Positions 8,074 through 17,052 of a stretch of DNA of 64,000 nt are shown piece after piece (positions within the stretch are counted from its first letter, which is position 1; each line of letters opens with the position of its first letter). The translations under genes were made by a program, and so were the position numbers. The notes under the pieces were generated by a model. It saw nothing but the letters and a program-made list of their open reading frames with translations, made no database searches and had not been told where the DNA came from. The stretch covers positions 19,569 through 83,568 of the forward strand of contig CAJJUK010000002.1 in the NCBI GenBank assembly GCA_905195085.1. Reading direction: 5' to 3'. Source of the stretch: an uncultured Christensenella sp. Its GTDB lineage: Bacteria; Bacillota; Clostridia; Christensenellales; UBA1242.

Positions 8074-8913
8074 TTAAGCATCAACGTTAACCAATTTAAC
8101 CCCCTTAATAAGGTTTGCAACTGCTGTTTCATATTCTGCGCCCATTTCTGTCTCGCTCATTTTTACTTCAACTGTTGAAGCACCTTCGTAAGTGAAAGTT
8201 TTGCCTTCGTTGTTGAAGTTAAGCATTGGATAGAAACCAGCGATGAGTTCTTCTTCAATTCCAGTCCAATCAATCTTAACATTGTTGAATTTGATTGTTC
8301 CTGTGCTTGCACCAGAAGCTGTAATTCTACCTTTATTCAAATTAACATTTTCCAAAGTAACAGTTCCAACATCGCCTGCTTCATTTCCATCAATTCCTTG
8401 TTGGTTGAAGTAAATTGAACCAGCAAAATCATAGTCACTTGGAGCATTGAATGTCATATCTTTGATGGTTACATTTTTTCCCAAAACTTCAACAGCTTTG
8501 TTGACTTCTTTCTTGCAAACAACTGTCAAGTTTTTGATTGTAACATTGTCTCCAACAACTGTAATGAAGTTTTGACTTGCCCAAGCTGCATTTGGAGTGT
8601 CATGAGTAGACATCAAAGTCACATCACCTTCTCCCCTGATTGTGATGCCATTTGCAACAATTGGCAAATACCAACCTGTTTGGTCGCCATAGATGATTGT
8701 TGTTGCATTTGGATCAAGATCATATGTGCCTGCTTCCAAAACCCAATATTCATTATCTTTTTGATTGTTGATTGCTTCAACAAGTTCTGTTGAATTTGAA
8801 ATATATTTTGCATCACTTGGAATTTTGTCTTTTGAATCACCACAAGCCGCAAGTGCAACTCCGCCCACAAGAACCATAACCAAGCAAGCCATAACTGATA
8901 AAAATTTTTTCAT
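8074..8913 (-). CDS. Lipoprotein with parallel beta-helix-like repeats
   Basis: 279 aa. Strong SD (AAAGGAGGATTTT then ATG). Signal peptide with lipobox (MKKFLSVMACLVMVLVGGVALAAC-GDS). Recurrent NVTIKNLTVV / NVTIKDMTFN / VTLENVNLN / IKFNNVKID rungs. Confidence 0.8.
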   Translation of the reverse strand: MKKFLSVMACLVMVLVGGVALAACGDSKDKIPSDAKYISNSTELVEAINNQKDNEYWVLEAGTYDLDPNATTIIYGDQTGWYLPIVANGITIRGEGDVTLMSTHDTPNAAWASQNFITVVGDNVTIKNLTVVCKKEVNKAVEVLGKNVTIKDMTFNAPSDYDFAGSIYFNQQGIDGNEAGDVGTVTLENVNLNKGRITASGASTGTIKFNNVKIDWTGIEEELIAGFYPMLNFNNEGKTFTYEGASTVEVKMSETEMGAEYETAVANLIKGVKLVNVDA

Positions 8914-9088
8914 AAAATCCTCCTTTATGTTTTTCTCTTTTCTTTATATCATGAAGAGATTTTGTCAAAACATTTTGAAATCTTTGACATATATATTTTA
9001 TCACATCATCGAATTTTTCACAAAACAAAAACCAAAAAAAGCAAAAAGAATTTTTGTCGAAAATCTCAATCAACTTTCCCTTTTTTGT

Positions 9089-9118
9089 TTGACTGAGAAA
9101 ATTGAATTGTGAGATAAT
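9089..9118 (+). promoter_or_regulatory. Putative promoter of the IMPase-family gene with leaderless geometry
   Basis: TTGACT (9089-9094), an 18-nt spacer, then GATAAT (9113-9118). Six nt (atacgc) follow before the ATG at 9125, with no SD. Confidence 0.35.
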
Positions 9119-9124
9119 ATACGC

Positions 9125-9907
9125 ATGAAATCATTAAATTATTTAGATATGGCAAAATATTTGCTAAAATTAGAGAAAATCGCATATAAAAAATGTTCAA
9201 AGGAAAAAATTGATGTCAAAGACAAAGGCTCTCATGACCTTTTGACAACCCTAGATACATCTTTGGAAAAATTCATCATCAAAGACCTAAACAAAAACTT
9301 TCCAAGCGTGAAAATCGTCAGTGAAGAATTCAACAGTTCCGCAAAAGCCCGTGGAACATATTTTGTTATTGACCCGGTAGATGGGACAATCAATTTTGCA
9401 AACAGCATTTGCCTCTGGGGAATTCAAATCGCTTATATTGAAGATGATGTGACTGTTGCGAGTGCTATATACAGCCCTGCCATGGGAGAATATATGGCAG
9501 CAAAAGGTTTGGGGTCTTACAAAAACAATAAAAAATTTACAATCACACCAAAAGATGCAATTCACTCGTTGACATGTTTGGATATAAATGACTTTGAATT
9601 TGAATATGCAATGATGAAAAGTCTCAGAGATAAAGTTTTAAAGTTTCGTGTAACTGGTGCTTGCTGTATAAACTGCATATTCATGGCTGAGGGCTGTTAT
9701 GGTGCTTATGTTCAATTTGATGCAAACCCATGGGATATGTTGCCAGGATTTTTGCTTATTGAAGAAGCTGGCGGATTGCATGAAACAGTTGATGGTTATC
9801 ATCTTTTTGCTTCAAAACCGGAGACAATGGAAATGCTGAAAAAGAACATTAAAACCAACACAAAAAAACTAACTTCAACAAAAACAAAAAAGAAAAAAGA
9901 GGTTTAA
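9125..9907 (+). CDS. Inositol monophosphatase family protein (SuhB-like) with Lys/Thr-rich C-terminal tail
   Basis: 260 aa. Motifs VIDPVDGTINF and WDMLPGFLLIEEAGG are typical of the IMPase/FIG superfamily. Unusual tail KKNIKTNTKKLTSTKTKKKKEV. Confidence 0.9.
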   Translation: MKSLNYLDMAKYLLKLEKIAYKKCSKEKIDVKDKGSHDLLTTLDTSLEKFIIKDLNKNFPSVKIVSEEFNSSAKARGTYFVIDPVDGTINFANSICLWGIQIAYIEDDVTVASAIYSPAMGEYMAAKGLGSYKNNKKFTITPKDAIHSLTCLDINDFEFEYAMMKSLRDKVLKFRVTGACCINCIFMAEGCYGAYVQFDANPWDMLPGFLLIEEAGGLHETVDGYHLFASKPETMEMLKKNIKTNTKKLTSTKTKKKKEV

Positions 9908-9938
9908 ACCCTGTGAAAATACAAAAAATAAAACTGAA

Positions 9939-11030
9939 TTATTTGTCAGTTTTATTTTTTAAATATTCTCTCAAATTTTTTCTTAAATTAATTTCTGTGT
10001 TTTTTATGTTTTCTTCAAGCGATAAATTTCTATCATTTATGCTTATAATTTCAAAATCATTTTCTTTTGAATTGTTTACACCGCAAAATGCAACAAAATT
10101 TTTGTCATTACACTTCTTTTTAAGAGAATAAACAACCTTTCCAAACTTTGATTGGCTATCGATTTTTCCTTCACCAGTAATCACCAAATCTGCTCTTTTT
10201 ATTTTGTTTTCAATATTCATAAGATTAAAAAAGGTTTCAATTCCACTTTGAAGTTGAGCATCCAAAAAGAACATGGCACCGGCTCCAAGACCGCCCGCAG
10301 CACCTGCTCCTTCAACAGAGGAAAAATCTTGTCCATAAGACTTACAAACTGAACTGAAAGCTTTCAGATTGTCGTCCAAAAAAACAGCTTCCTCATCAGT
10401 GGCACCTTTTTGCTTTGCATAGACAAATGCCGCTCCAGTCTTTCCATATAAAACATTTTTAACATCACATAAAGCAACAAACTTAACTTCTTTATTATTT
10501 TTCGGAAAAATGATTTTTTTAATCTGACTCAATGAACCACCCGTTGGAACAAACTCTTCGCCTTTTTCATTAAGAAATTTGTAACCAACACCAGCAGCCA
10601 TTCCGCATCCGGCATCATTTGTTGAACTTCCACCCAACGTCAAGTAAATCAATTTCGCACCTTTTTGTATGGCATCAGAAATTTGCTCGCCCATTCCAAA
10701 AGTGGTTGTTTTTAGTGGATTTTTAAATTTCGTTTTTAACAGACCTGCCGTTTCTGCACACTCAATAAATGCAACATCACCCTTAATTGCATAACGAGCC
10801 TCTGTTTTTTCGAAGTTTGCGTTGGCAAATTTCTTTTGAATAATTTTTGCATTTAGATTCCTTACAAAGCAGTCTAAACTTCCTTCCCCACCATCTGCAA
10901 GTGGGCAAACAATAACTTCAATTTTTTCATCAAACTTTTTTATTTCATCTCTTGCGATTTCACAAAATTGCTCCGCCGTCAAACTTCCCTTAAATTTATC
11001 TGGAGCCACTAAAACAGTTTTTAATTTCAT
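9939..11030 (-). CDS. Glycerate kinase
   Basis: 363 aa. N-terminus VLVAPDKFKGSLTAEQ and overall glycine-rich motifs (LADGGEGS, GEGKIDSQS) are characteristic of the GlxK/GarK family. There is a 1-nt gap to the upstream gene. Confidence 0.92.
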   Translation of the reverse strand: MKLKTVLVAPDKFKGSLTAEQFCEIARDEIKKFDEKIEVIVCPLADGGEGSLDCFVRNLNAKIIQKKFANANFEKTEARYAIKGDVAFIECAETAGLLKTKFKNPLKTTTFGMGEQISDAIQKGAKLIYLTLGGSSTNDAGCGMAAGVGYKFLNEKGEEFVPTGGSLSQIKKIIFPKNNKEVKFVALCDVKNVLYGKTGAAFVYAKQKGATDEEAVFLDDNLKAFSSVCKSYGQDFSSVEGAGAAGGLGAGAMFFLDAQLQSGIETFFNLMNIENKIKRADLVITGEGKIDSQSKFGKVVYSLKKKCNDKNFVAFCGVNNSKENDFEIISINDRNLSLEENIKNTEINLRKNLREYLKNKTDK

Positions 11031-11031
11031 G

Positions 11032-12261
11032 TCAAAAACCTTTGTATTCTTTACTTAAAATTCTAGTTTTCTTATTCCAGTAATTTCTAAAATATAATCC
11101 GCCATGAATGTGAATCTTTTTATCTTTAACTCTGTCAAGATAGGAGTCAACAAAGGCATTTTCCTTATCAAAACAATACTCAGAAACCTTTGCAAGTTCA
11201 GTTTCATTTTTTGCATCTGATGCTTTTCTGATGAATTCTTCTTGCAATTGTTCTGCAGCTTGCAAATATTCATCAACATCTATGTTCCCACTCATGATGT
11301 GTCTATTCAATTTTTCATGCTTAAGCCAATATTTCAAAGCAACTTCTTCATCTTCAGGCAAAATTTCTGCATCTTTTGTAAGTGGTTTGTAAATTGAAAG
11401 ACATGGAAAAGATGAACCAGTAACAAAATACATCTTATTTATTTCTCCAAAATAACTTCCCGTTGTTTGATCTCCAAAAAGATTTCCTGCATGCATACAA
11501 ACACTATCGGTTGAACTTTTGTTGACATCAACCTTATTGGAACTATGGCAGCATAATGTTTTTTTCATCAAATCAAAAGGCTCTCCTTCTTGCGTCAAAG
11601 CATCAAAAGTTGCCTTTTTTCTTTTTTCAGCACCAGCCACTAATGTGAAAAGATTGTTTTGAAATTTCTTTTTGAAATCTCCTTCAAAATTTGATGATTT
11701 TCGATCATAATCTTCTCCAATGCTTAAACAATTGGAAATCGTTGCAATGTCCATAACTTTTTTTACGACATAATTTCTTCCAGCTGTTTCAAGAACATAT
11801 GCTTCATCGTTGTCAGCAATTAAGAACGCATTATCATAATAAAATTTTTTATCAAATCCACAGTTGCCGTGTTGCCCATAAGTCTCAAGCAGGGAGATTA
11901 TGCAATCCACTGCCTCGCTTGATGTTTTGCATCTTTCCAATGCAAGACGCAACATATCCATGCCAATAAGTCCATTTTGTTTTTCTCTCTTGACATTCGT
12001 AAAAACTGCCTCATTACCAATGTTGAGACCAAACTCATTCCAACCCATTTCAGCACCCCAAATCCAATGCGGTTTTAAAAGCACGCACGCATTTGTATAC
12101 TCCACCTGTGGAATTTCAATATAAGTTGTTTTTACCATTTCACCTTTTTTAAAATTTCTTTCAGGTTCCCTAATCATAAGGTGGGCCTCATTTGGTGAAC
12201 GGTCACTATTTTTGCCGAAATAACTTTTCCCATTCCTTTTAAAATAAATAGTATCACACAT
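11032..12261 (-). CDS. C69-family (Ntn-hydrolase type) dipeptidase
   Basis: 409 aa. N-terminal MCDT with a Cys2 nucleophile, followed by FGKNSDRSPNE, as in peptidase family C69. Confidence 0.78.
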   Translation of the reverse strand: MCDTIYFKRNGKSYFGKNSDRSPNEAHLMIREPERNFKKGEMVKTTYIEIPQVEYTNACVLLKPHWIWGAEMGWNEFGLNIGNEAVFTNVKREKQNGLIGMDMLRLALERCKTSSEAVDCIISLLETYGQHGNCGFDKKFYYDNAFLIADNDEAYVLETAGRNYVVKKVMDIATISNCLSIGEDYDRKSSNFEGDFKKKFQNNLFTLVAGAEKRKKATFDALTQEGEPFDLMKKTLCCHSSNKVDVNKSSTDSVCMHAGNLFGDQTTGSYFGEINKMYFVTGSSFPCLSIYKPLTKDAEILPEDEEVALKYWLKHEKLNRHIMSGNIDVDEYLQAAEQLQEEFIRKASDAKNETELAKVSEYCFDKENAFVDSYLDRVKDKKIHIHGGLYFRNYWNKKTRILSKEYKGF

Positions 12262-12353
12262 AATCTATCCTCCTTCAAATTATGTTTTGAAACTTATTAA
12301 AGCCGTTTCTGAAATTGGTAAAATTCAAATTTGCAATCATCGTTTCTTTCTTT

Positions 12354-13469
12354 TTAGAACAATCTGTTTCCGTATCTTTTGACAACCTTTTCAAAAGGTA
12401 GTTTTTTGAAATCTCTCATAAATCTTGCTCTCTCATATGACTTAAGCGTTGAGCGTTTAATCATTGGGTTGTGTTTTATTGCCTTGTCAAAATCCACTTG
12501 ACGGTAAGTTGTTTTGTCTTTAATCTCATCAAACAACTCCTGCCCTTTTTGAGAATGAATCAAAACCAGAGAAATTCCTTTTCCATCATTCAAATCAGGG
12601 ACAACCCTTTTTGCTCCCCAAAAGTCTGCCAGTGTTATGTCACTTGGTCTATGAATGTCTTTGAAAGCACATTTGTGACATGATGGTCTGAGACATTTGT
12701 TGAAGAAAAAGAATTTCATCATCGGATCTTTGTAATTTGGTGACTTGATATATTCAGTCCCATTATCAAAAGACATATAAAAAGAAGTTTTCTTTTGTCC
12801 TTCAATTTTCTTTCGGAAAGAAACACTTGTCACTTTTGCCTGGGCATCATTCTCTCGATATTGCACATAGTTTTCCCAAACTTTTGGAGAAGGAACACCA
12901 TGACAAATTATATCCTGTGTATATAAGTTTTCATAAGGTTTGACCAAGAACTTCAAAAGCCCGCCGATTTGACAAGGAGTTCCCGTAAACAAAACTTTTC
13001 TGCCAGAGTCAAGAAATTTTTTTGCGTCTTTATAACATTCTCCGATTCGACTTTGGACATATTTTGAAACTCTCAACTTTTTCAAATCTTCAACTTTTTC
13101 AATGCCAATATGTTCAACTCCAAAGTTCTCATTGAAAGCAGCACCAAAAACAACTCCACCCTGTGACAAAACACATTCTGCAAGCAAAGAAAATGCACCA
13201 CCCGAAGAAGAATTCAATCTCACTTGCAAATCATTGTTGACAACGGCATAGGCCTTTGGAAATTCGTTTATCTGACTTTGTTCGATTTTTTGTTTATGCA
13301 AAATAGGACAAATCCTTTCACACAAACCACAATTAATACAACGCTCCATGTCAATTTTTGGATATAAAAATCCTTCATCGTCATAGACCATTTCAATACA
13401 TTGTTTGGGGCAAATGCTTGCACAAGCATGACAGCCACAACACTTTCTCTTGTCTGTTATGGCAATCAT
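12354..13469 (-). CDS. FrhB-like (coenzyme F420 hydrogenase/dehydrogenase beta-like) 4Fe-4S protein
   Basis: 371 aa. Two ferredoxin-type motifs (CCGCHACASICP; CINCGLCERICP) followed by an FrhB-like body. Its start abuts the stop of the pyruvyl transferase gene (0-nt gap). Confidence 0.78.
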   Translation of the reverse strand: MIAITDKRKCCGCHACASICPKQCIEMVYDDEGFLYPKIDMERCINCGLCERICPILHKQKIEQSQINEFPKAYAVVNNDLQVRLNSSSGGAFSLLAECVLSQGGVVFGAAFNENFGVEHIGIEKVEDLKKLRVSKYVQSRIGECYKDAKKFLDSGRKVLFTGTPCQIGGLLKFLVKPYENLYTQDIICHGVPSPKVWENYVQYRENDAQAKVTSVSFRKKIEGQKKTSFYMSFDNGTEYIKSPNYKDPMMKFFFFNKCLRPSCHKCAFKDIHRPSDITLADFWGAKRVVPDLNDGKGISLVLIHSQKGQELFDEIKDKTTYRQVDFDKAIKHNPMIKRSTLKSYERARFMRDFKKLPFEKVVKRYGNRLF

Positions 13470-14525
13470 TTATGTCCCCCCCCCACGAGTTTCAATGCTG
13501 TTTAAAGCATTTTTGAGGAAGGAAAGACTCTTCTCTCTTTCTTGTTTGATTTTTTCTCTCACTTCTGAATAATCCAACGCAAAATAATCTTTTTCTTGCA
13601 GTTTTTCCCAGTTTCTATCTTCAAGATCAGTCATTTTCAAAAGAGTTTTAATTCTTGATTTTGTGCTTTTGAAAGATAAGAAAGACACAAAAGGTTTTTC
13701 CAAAATGATTGACATGGCATGTCCATGGAAAGAATTTGTGCAAACCAGTTTTGCACCAAGAAGCAAATCAATAAATTGACTTGGGTTTGCTTTGTAGAAC
13801 TTATCAAATGATTTGTTCATGTTGACAACTTCAAGGTTATATTTTTTTGCAATTTCTTTGACTTTTTGCTTATATTCTTTCTTTGGCGCAAGGAAATATG
13901 TCACAATATAATCTTTTGGTTTGTTTTTGACAGGTTCCGCAAACTTCTCCCAATCTTTTTTCTCCAAAAGGAAAGTTGGGTCAACAACCAATTCTGCTTT
14001 TCCAGCACCAATTTGCTTCTCAATGATGTTCTTCCCTTCATTTTCTCTGACGGAAAGATATTTGATATGAGAAAGTCCCTCAGAAAATTCACCTTTCAAT
14101 TTTTCTGGCAAACTTTCAATCCCAAAACTTGGAGCATAAGCAACACATTTTTCTTTGTCAGCAAATTTCAAAAAACTAACAAATTTGTTTGCCATATATT
14201 TCGGATTCCAAACCTGATCACTTCCAATGATGAAAGCATCAAACTCGTCGTTAAGTTTTTCCAATTTTTTCTTGGAATAGTTGTTGATTATGACATTGTG
14301 AAAATGTTTTTTGGTATGTTTTTTTGATTTGTTCATTCTGCTTATAACAGGAATGAAAGGCAAACAACCTGCAACAGGCAAAACATAGGCATAAACTTTC
14401 TTTGGTGTGATTGCAAAAGTGGTAACTTCATGACCCATTTTGATCAATGTTTGCTCCAAAGCATAGTTTTGCAGTCTATTCCCATGATTAAAGAAATCAT
14501 AAATTGTGACAATCCCAACTTTCAT
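13470..14525 (-). CDS. Polysaccharide pyruvyl transferase family protein
   Basis: 351 aa. N-terminus MKVGIVTIYDFFNHGNRLQNYALEQ and overall pattern match the PS_pyruv_trans family as I recognise it. This family classically sits next to FrhB-like genes. Confidence 0.78.
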   Translation of the reverse strand: MKVGIVTIYDFFNHGNRLQNYALEQTLIKMGHEVTTFAITPKKVYAYVLPVAGCLPFIPVISRMNKSKKHTKKHFHNVIINNYSKKKLEKLNDEFDAFIIGSDQVWNPKYMANKFVSFLKFADKEKCVAYAPSFGIESLPEKLKGEFSEGLSHIKYLSVRENEGKNIIEKQIGAGKAELVVDPTFLLEKKDWEKFAEPVKNKPKDYIVTYFLAPKKEYKQKVKEIAKKYNLEVVNMNKSFDKFYKANPSQFIDLLLGAKLVCTNSFHGHAMSIILEKPFVSFLSFKSTKSRIKTLLKMTDLEDRNWEKLQEKDYFALDYSEVREKIKQEREKSLSFLKNALNSIETRGGGT

Positions 14526-14537
14526 TTTTTTGTCCTT

Positions 14538-15524
14538 TTATTTTGTCTTTTGTGCCGACTTTTTGCGTTTTTTAAGTTTCTTCCCCACCATAAAGAAATT
14601 TGTTCTCTTGTTTGAATAGAAAATCACAATCAAAGATGCAAAAAGAACAATGGAAATCAAAATAACCAAAACCATCCAACCCGCGGTGATTTTATGTCCG
14701 AAGAAATCCAAATTGAAGTAACTATCAAGCAGGTTTGTCAACACATCTTCTGGAATGTCCAAATGTCTAATGATTCCACCCATAAAATAATTTCTGAATA
14801 GTCCCGCAGAATATGTCCCTGGGATGAAACAAGCAATGTATTGCATATAATTTGGAAGCATAGAAAATGGAAGATATGCTCCAATCAAAAATCCTATTGC
14901 CGCACTAAACACACCATTAAGCGCCGCCAATGCACTTGTTGACTTGATGAATCCGCAAATAAGCACCATAAAGAATGATGAAGACAGAACTGAAATGACC
15001 ATGACGCAAACTATTGTCAAGAAATCGGCAAAACTCATCATAAGCCCACCAGTTCCGGCAAGATAGCAAATTGCAAGCATCAAAACAATGAAGCAAATTG
15101 TGAAAGTAATCAAGAAGCAAGAAATGATGTAACTCAAATAAAGCACCCATCTCTTGACAGGAGAAGAAATGATGTCGTTGACATTTCCACTCATTCTGTC
15201 ACGAACCATGACGATGTTGGCATTCAATGCAACGGTGATGCAAGAAACACCCATAACACCAGAAATCATCCAGTTGTTGACAATTGCTTTGACTTCTGTG
15301 TCGGTGATCATTCCTGCATATCCTTGAGACTCGAACATATCCATAATGGAATTTGCTTGCAAATCTCCCAAAAACAAAATATAAACCAAAAGAATGATGA
15401 TAGGTGCCAAAACAGAGAAGAACACCGTCATCTTGTCCTTCATATACAACTTGATGTTTCTTTTGATCAAAACACCGAGCGATAACCAATTGCTACATTT
15501 ATTCGTTGTTTTCTCCATGTTCAA
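14538..15524 (-). CDS. ABC-2 type transporter permease
   Basis: 328 aa, about 6 TM helices. It overlaps the upstream ATPase gene by 26 nt. The start is TTG at 15524 or ATG at 15518. Confidence 0.8.
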   Translation of the reverse strand: MNMEKTTNKCSNWLSLGVLIKRNIKLYMKDKMTVFFSVLAPIIILLVYILFLGDLQANSIMDMFESQGYAGMITDTEVKAIVNNWMISGVMGVSCITVALNANIVMVRDRMSGNVNDIISSPVKRWVLYLSYIISCFLITFTICFIVLMLAICYLAGTGGLMMSFADFLTIVCVMVISVLSSSFFMVLICGFIKSTSALAALNGVFSAAIGFLIGAYLPFSMLPNYMQYIACFIPGTYSAGLFRNYFMGGIIRHLDIPEDVLTNLLDSYFNLDFFGHKITAGWMVLVILISIVLFASLIVIFYSNKRTNFFMVGKKLKKRKKSAQKTK

Positions 15525-16431
15525 AATTCTTCCCCGTAATACTTAGGAACACGTCGTCCATGTCCCCTTTTAATATTTCAAAATCTGTCAGATATTTGTC
15601 GTACTTATTCAAATAATATTTTGCCTCTTCACTGTTTTTGATTTTAATCTTGTAATATTCTCCAGAATATTCCAACTTTTTCCCTGTGTCCTTTTTGAAC
15701 TCATCTTCAAAGTCTTCATTTTCTGGCATAAATGCTTTGATGTAATCTCCAGCATAAAGAGTTTTCAACTTGTGTGGAGTGTCATTCGCAACAATATGTC
15801 CTGAGTCCAACATAACCACCCTGTCTGCCTTGTTTGCTTCTTCCATATAGTGCGTTGTCAAAAAAACTGTCATTTTTCTTGATTGACGCAAGTCTTCAAT
15901 CAAGTTCCAAATCTTTCTTCTGGTTTGTGGGTCAAGTCCTGTTGTAGGTTCGTCCAAAATCAAAATCTTTGGATAGTTGATAAGCGCTCTTGCAATGTCC
16001 ACTCTTCTTCTTTGCCCGCCACTAAGATTTTTCACGGTCTTTTTCAAAAGTTTTCCAAGATCAAGAAGTTCTGTGATTTCCCAAACTCTTTCCTTCAAGG
16101 CTTTGCCTTTGAGTCCATAGAAACCACCCCTGATCATCAAGTTTTCTTTGACAGTCAAAATTCCGTCAAGTGTAGAATTTTGGAAAACAACACCGATCAA
16201 GTGTTTGATTTCATTGGCGTCCTTGTCCAAATCAAGCCCATTAATCAAAATTTGTCCACTATCCTTTTTGAGAATCGAACAAATGATATTGATTGTGGTG
16301 GATTTCCCCGCCCCATTCAATCCAAGAAAAGCAAAAAGACTACCTTCTTTCACATTGAAAGAAATTCCATCGACCGCTTTAACATCACCATAATATTTTT
16401 TCAGGTCGTGTATTTCAATTATATTTTTCAT
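15499..16431 (-). CDS. ABC transporter ATP-binding protein (DrrA/ABC-2 exporter type)
   Basis: 310 aa. Walker A GLNGAGKST, signature LSGGQRRR, Walker B ILILDEPTTGLD, plus a C-terminal accessory domain. Confidence 0.92.
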   Translation of the reverse strand: MKNIIEIHDLKKYYGDVKAVDGISFNVKEGSLFAFLGLNGAGKSTTINIICSILKKDSGQILINGLDLDKDANEIKHLIGVVFQNSTLDGILTVKENLMIRGGFYGLKGKALKERVWEITELLDLGKLLKKTVKNLSGGQRRRVDIARALINYPKILILDEPTTGLDPQTRRKIWNLIEDLRQSRKMTVFLTTHYMEEANKADRVVMLDSGHIVANDTPHKLKTLYAGDYIKAFMPENEDFEDEFKKDTGKKLEYSGEYYKIKIKNSEEAKYYLNKYDKYLTDFEILKGDMDDVFLSITGKNFEHGENNE

Positions 16432-16628
16432 TCCATATCCTTATAGATAGTTAATTTTTCTTATACATTATATCACACACAAGCCAAATCGCCAAAAGAA
16501 TACTGCTTTATGCAGGAATATTTTTTAAATTAATTTGTCAATTATATTGCAAAAATCGACAAAATAGTCTATACTATATATAGAATAAATTTTATGCAAG
16601 AATACAATATTAAGGGGGTTGAAGAATT

Positions 16629-17039
16629 ATGGGACTTTTCGGAAAAAAGAAAAAAGAAAAAGTTGAAGAAAAAAAGGTAGAAAAAAAAGAAAAAGAAGTT
16701 GAAACAACAACTCCAAAAGCATCATCTTCTTCAAAAACCACAACAGCAAAAAGCACAAGAACAACCACTGCAAAAGCAAAAGCTGAAACTGCGACAAAAA
16801 CAGAGAAAGAAGAAACCGTAAAATCAGAACCTGCAAAGAAAACAGGCAAAAAACCAATTTACAGAGTTCTGTACGACAAAGAAGCAAGAGTTTGGGTAAT
16901 CAAAAAAGATGGTGCAAAAAGAACAATCGCTTCTTATGTGACCAAAGAAGAAGCATTAAACAGAGTTAAAGAACTTTCTGCATCAAATGATTTGAACTTT
17001 ATTGTTCACAAAAAAGATGGAAAATTTCAAAAAAAATAA
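16629..17039 (+). CDS. DUF2188-like small protein with 75-aa Lys/Thr/Glu-rich N-terminal extension
   Basis: 136 aa. C-terminal 60 aa (YRVLYDKEARVWVIKKDGAKRTIASYVTKEEALNRVKELSASNDLNFIVHKKDGKFQ) match the DUF2188 pattern as I recall it. SD AAGGGGG lies upstream. A possible promoter is TTGCAA-17-TATACT. Confidence 0.75.
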   Translation: MGLFGKKKKEKVEEKKVEKKEKEVETTTPKASSSSKTTTAKSTRTTTAKAKAETATKTEKEETVKSEPAKKTGKKPIYRVLYDKEARVWVIKKDGAKRTIASYVTKEEALNRVKELSASNDLNFIVHKKDGKFQKK

Positions 17040-17052
17040 AGGCATCAAACCT

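Noticed and set aside
13866-16446. Plus-strand ORFs of 153 aa (13866-14327), 187 aa (15883-16446) and 81 aa (16148-16393)
   Set aside because: They are antisense to the pyruvyl transferase and ABC ATPase genes, both of which have strong family motifs. They have no SD or promoter context.
16432-16628. Possible small RNA or riboswitch in the 197-bp intergenic region upstream of the DUF2188 gene
   Set aside because: I see only a small hairpin (CTGC-tttat-GCAG) and a plausible promoter (TTGCAA-17-TATACT). There is no extended conserved-looking secondary structure I can support by eye.
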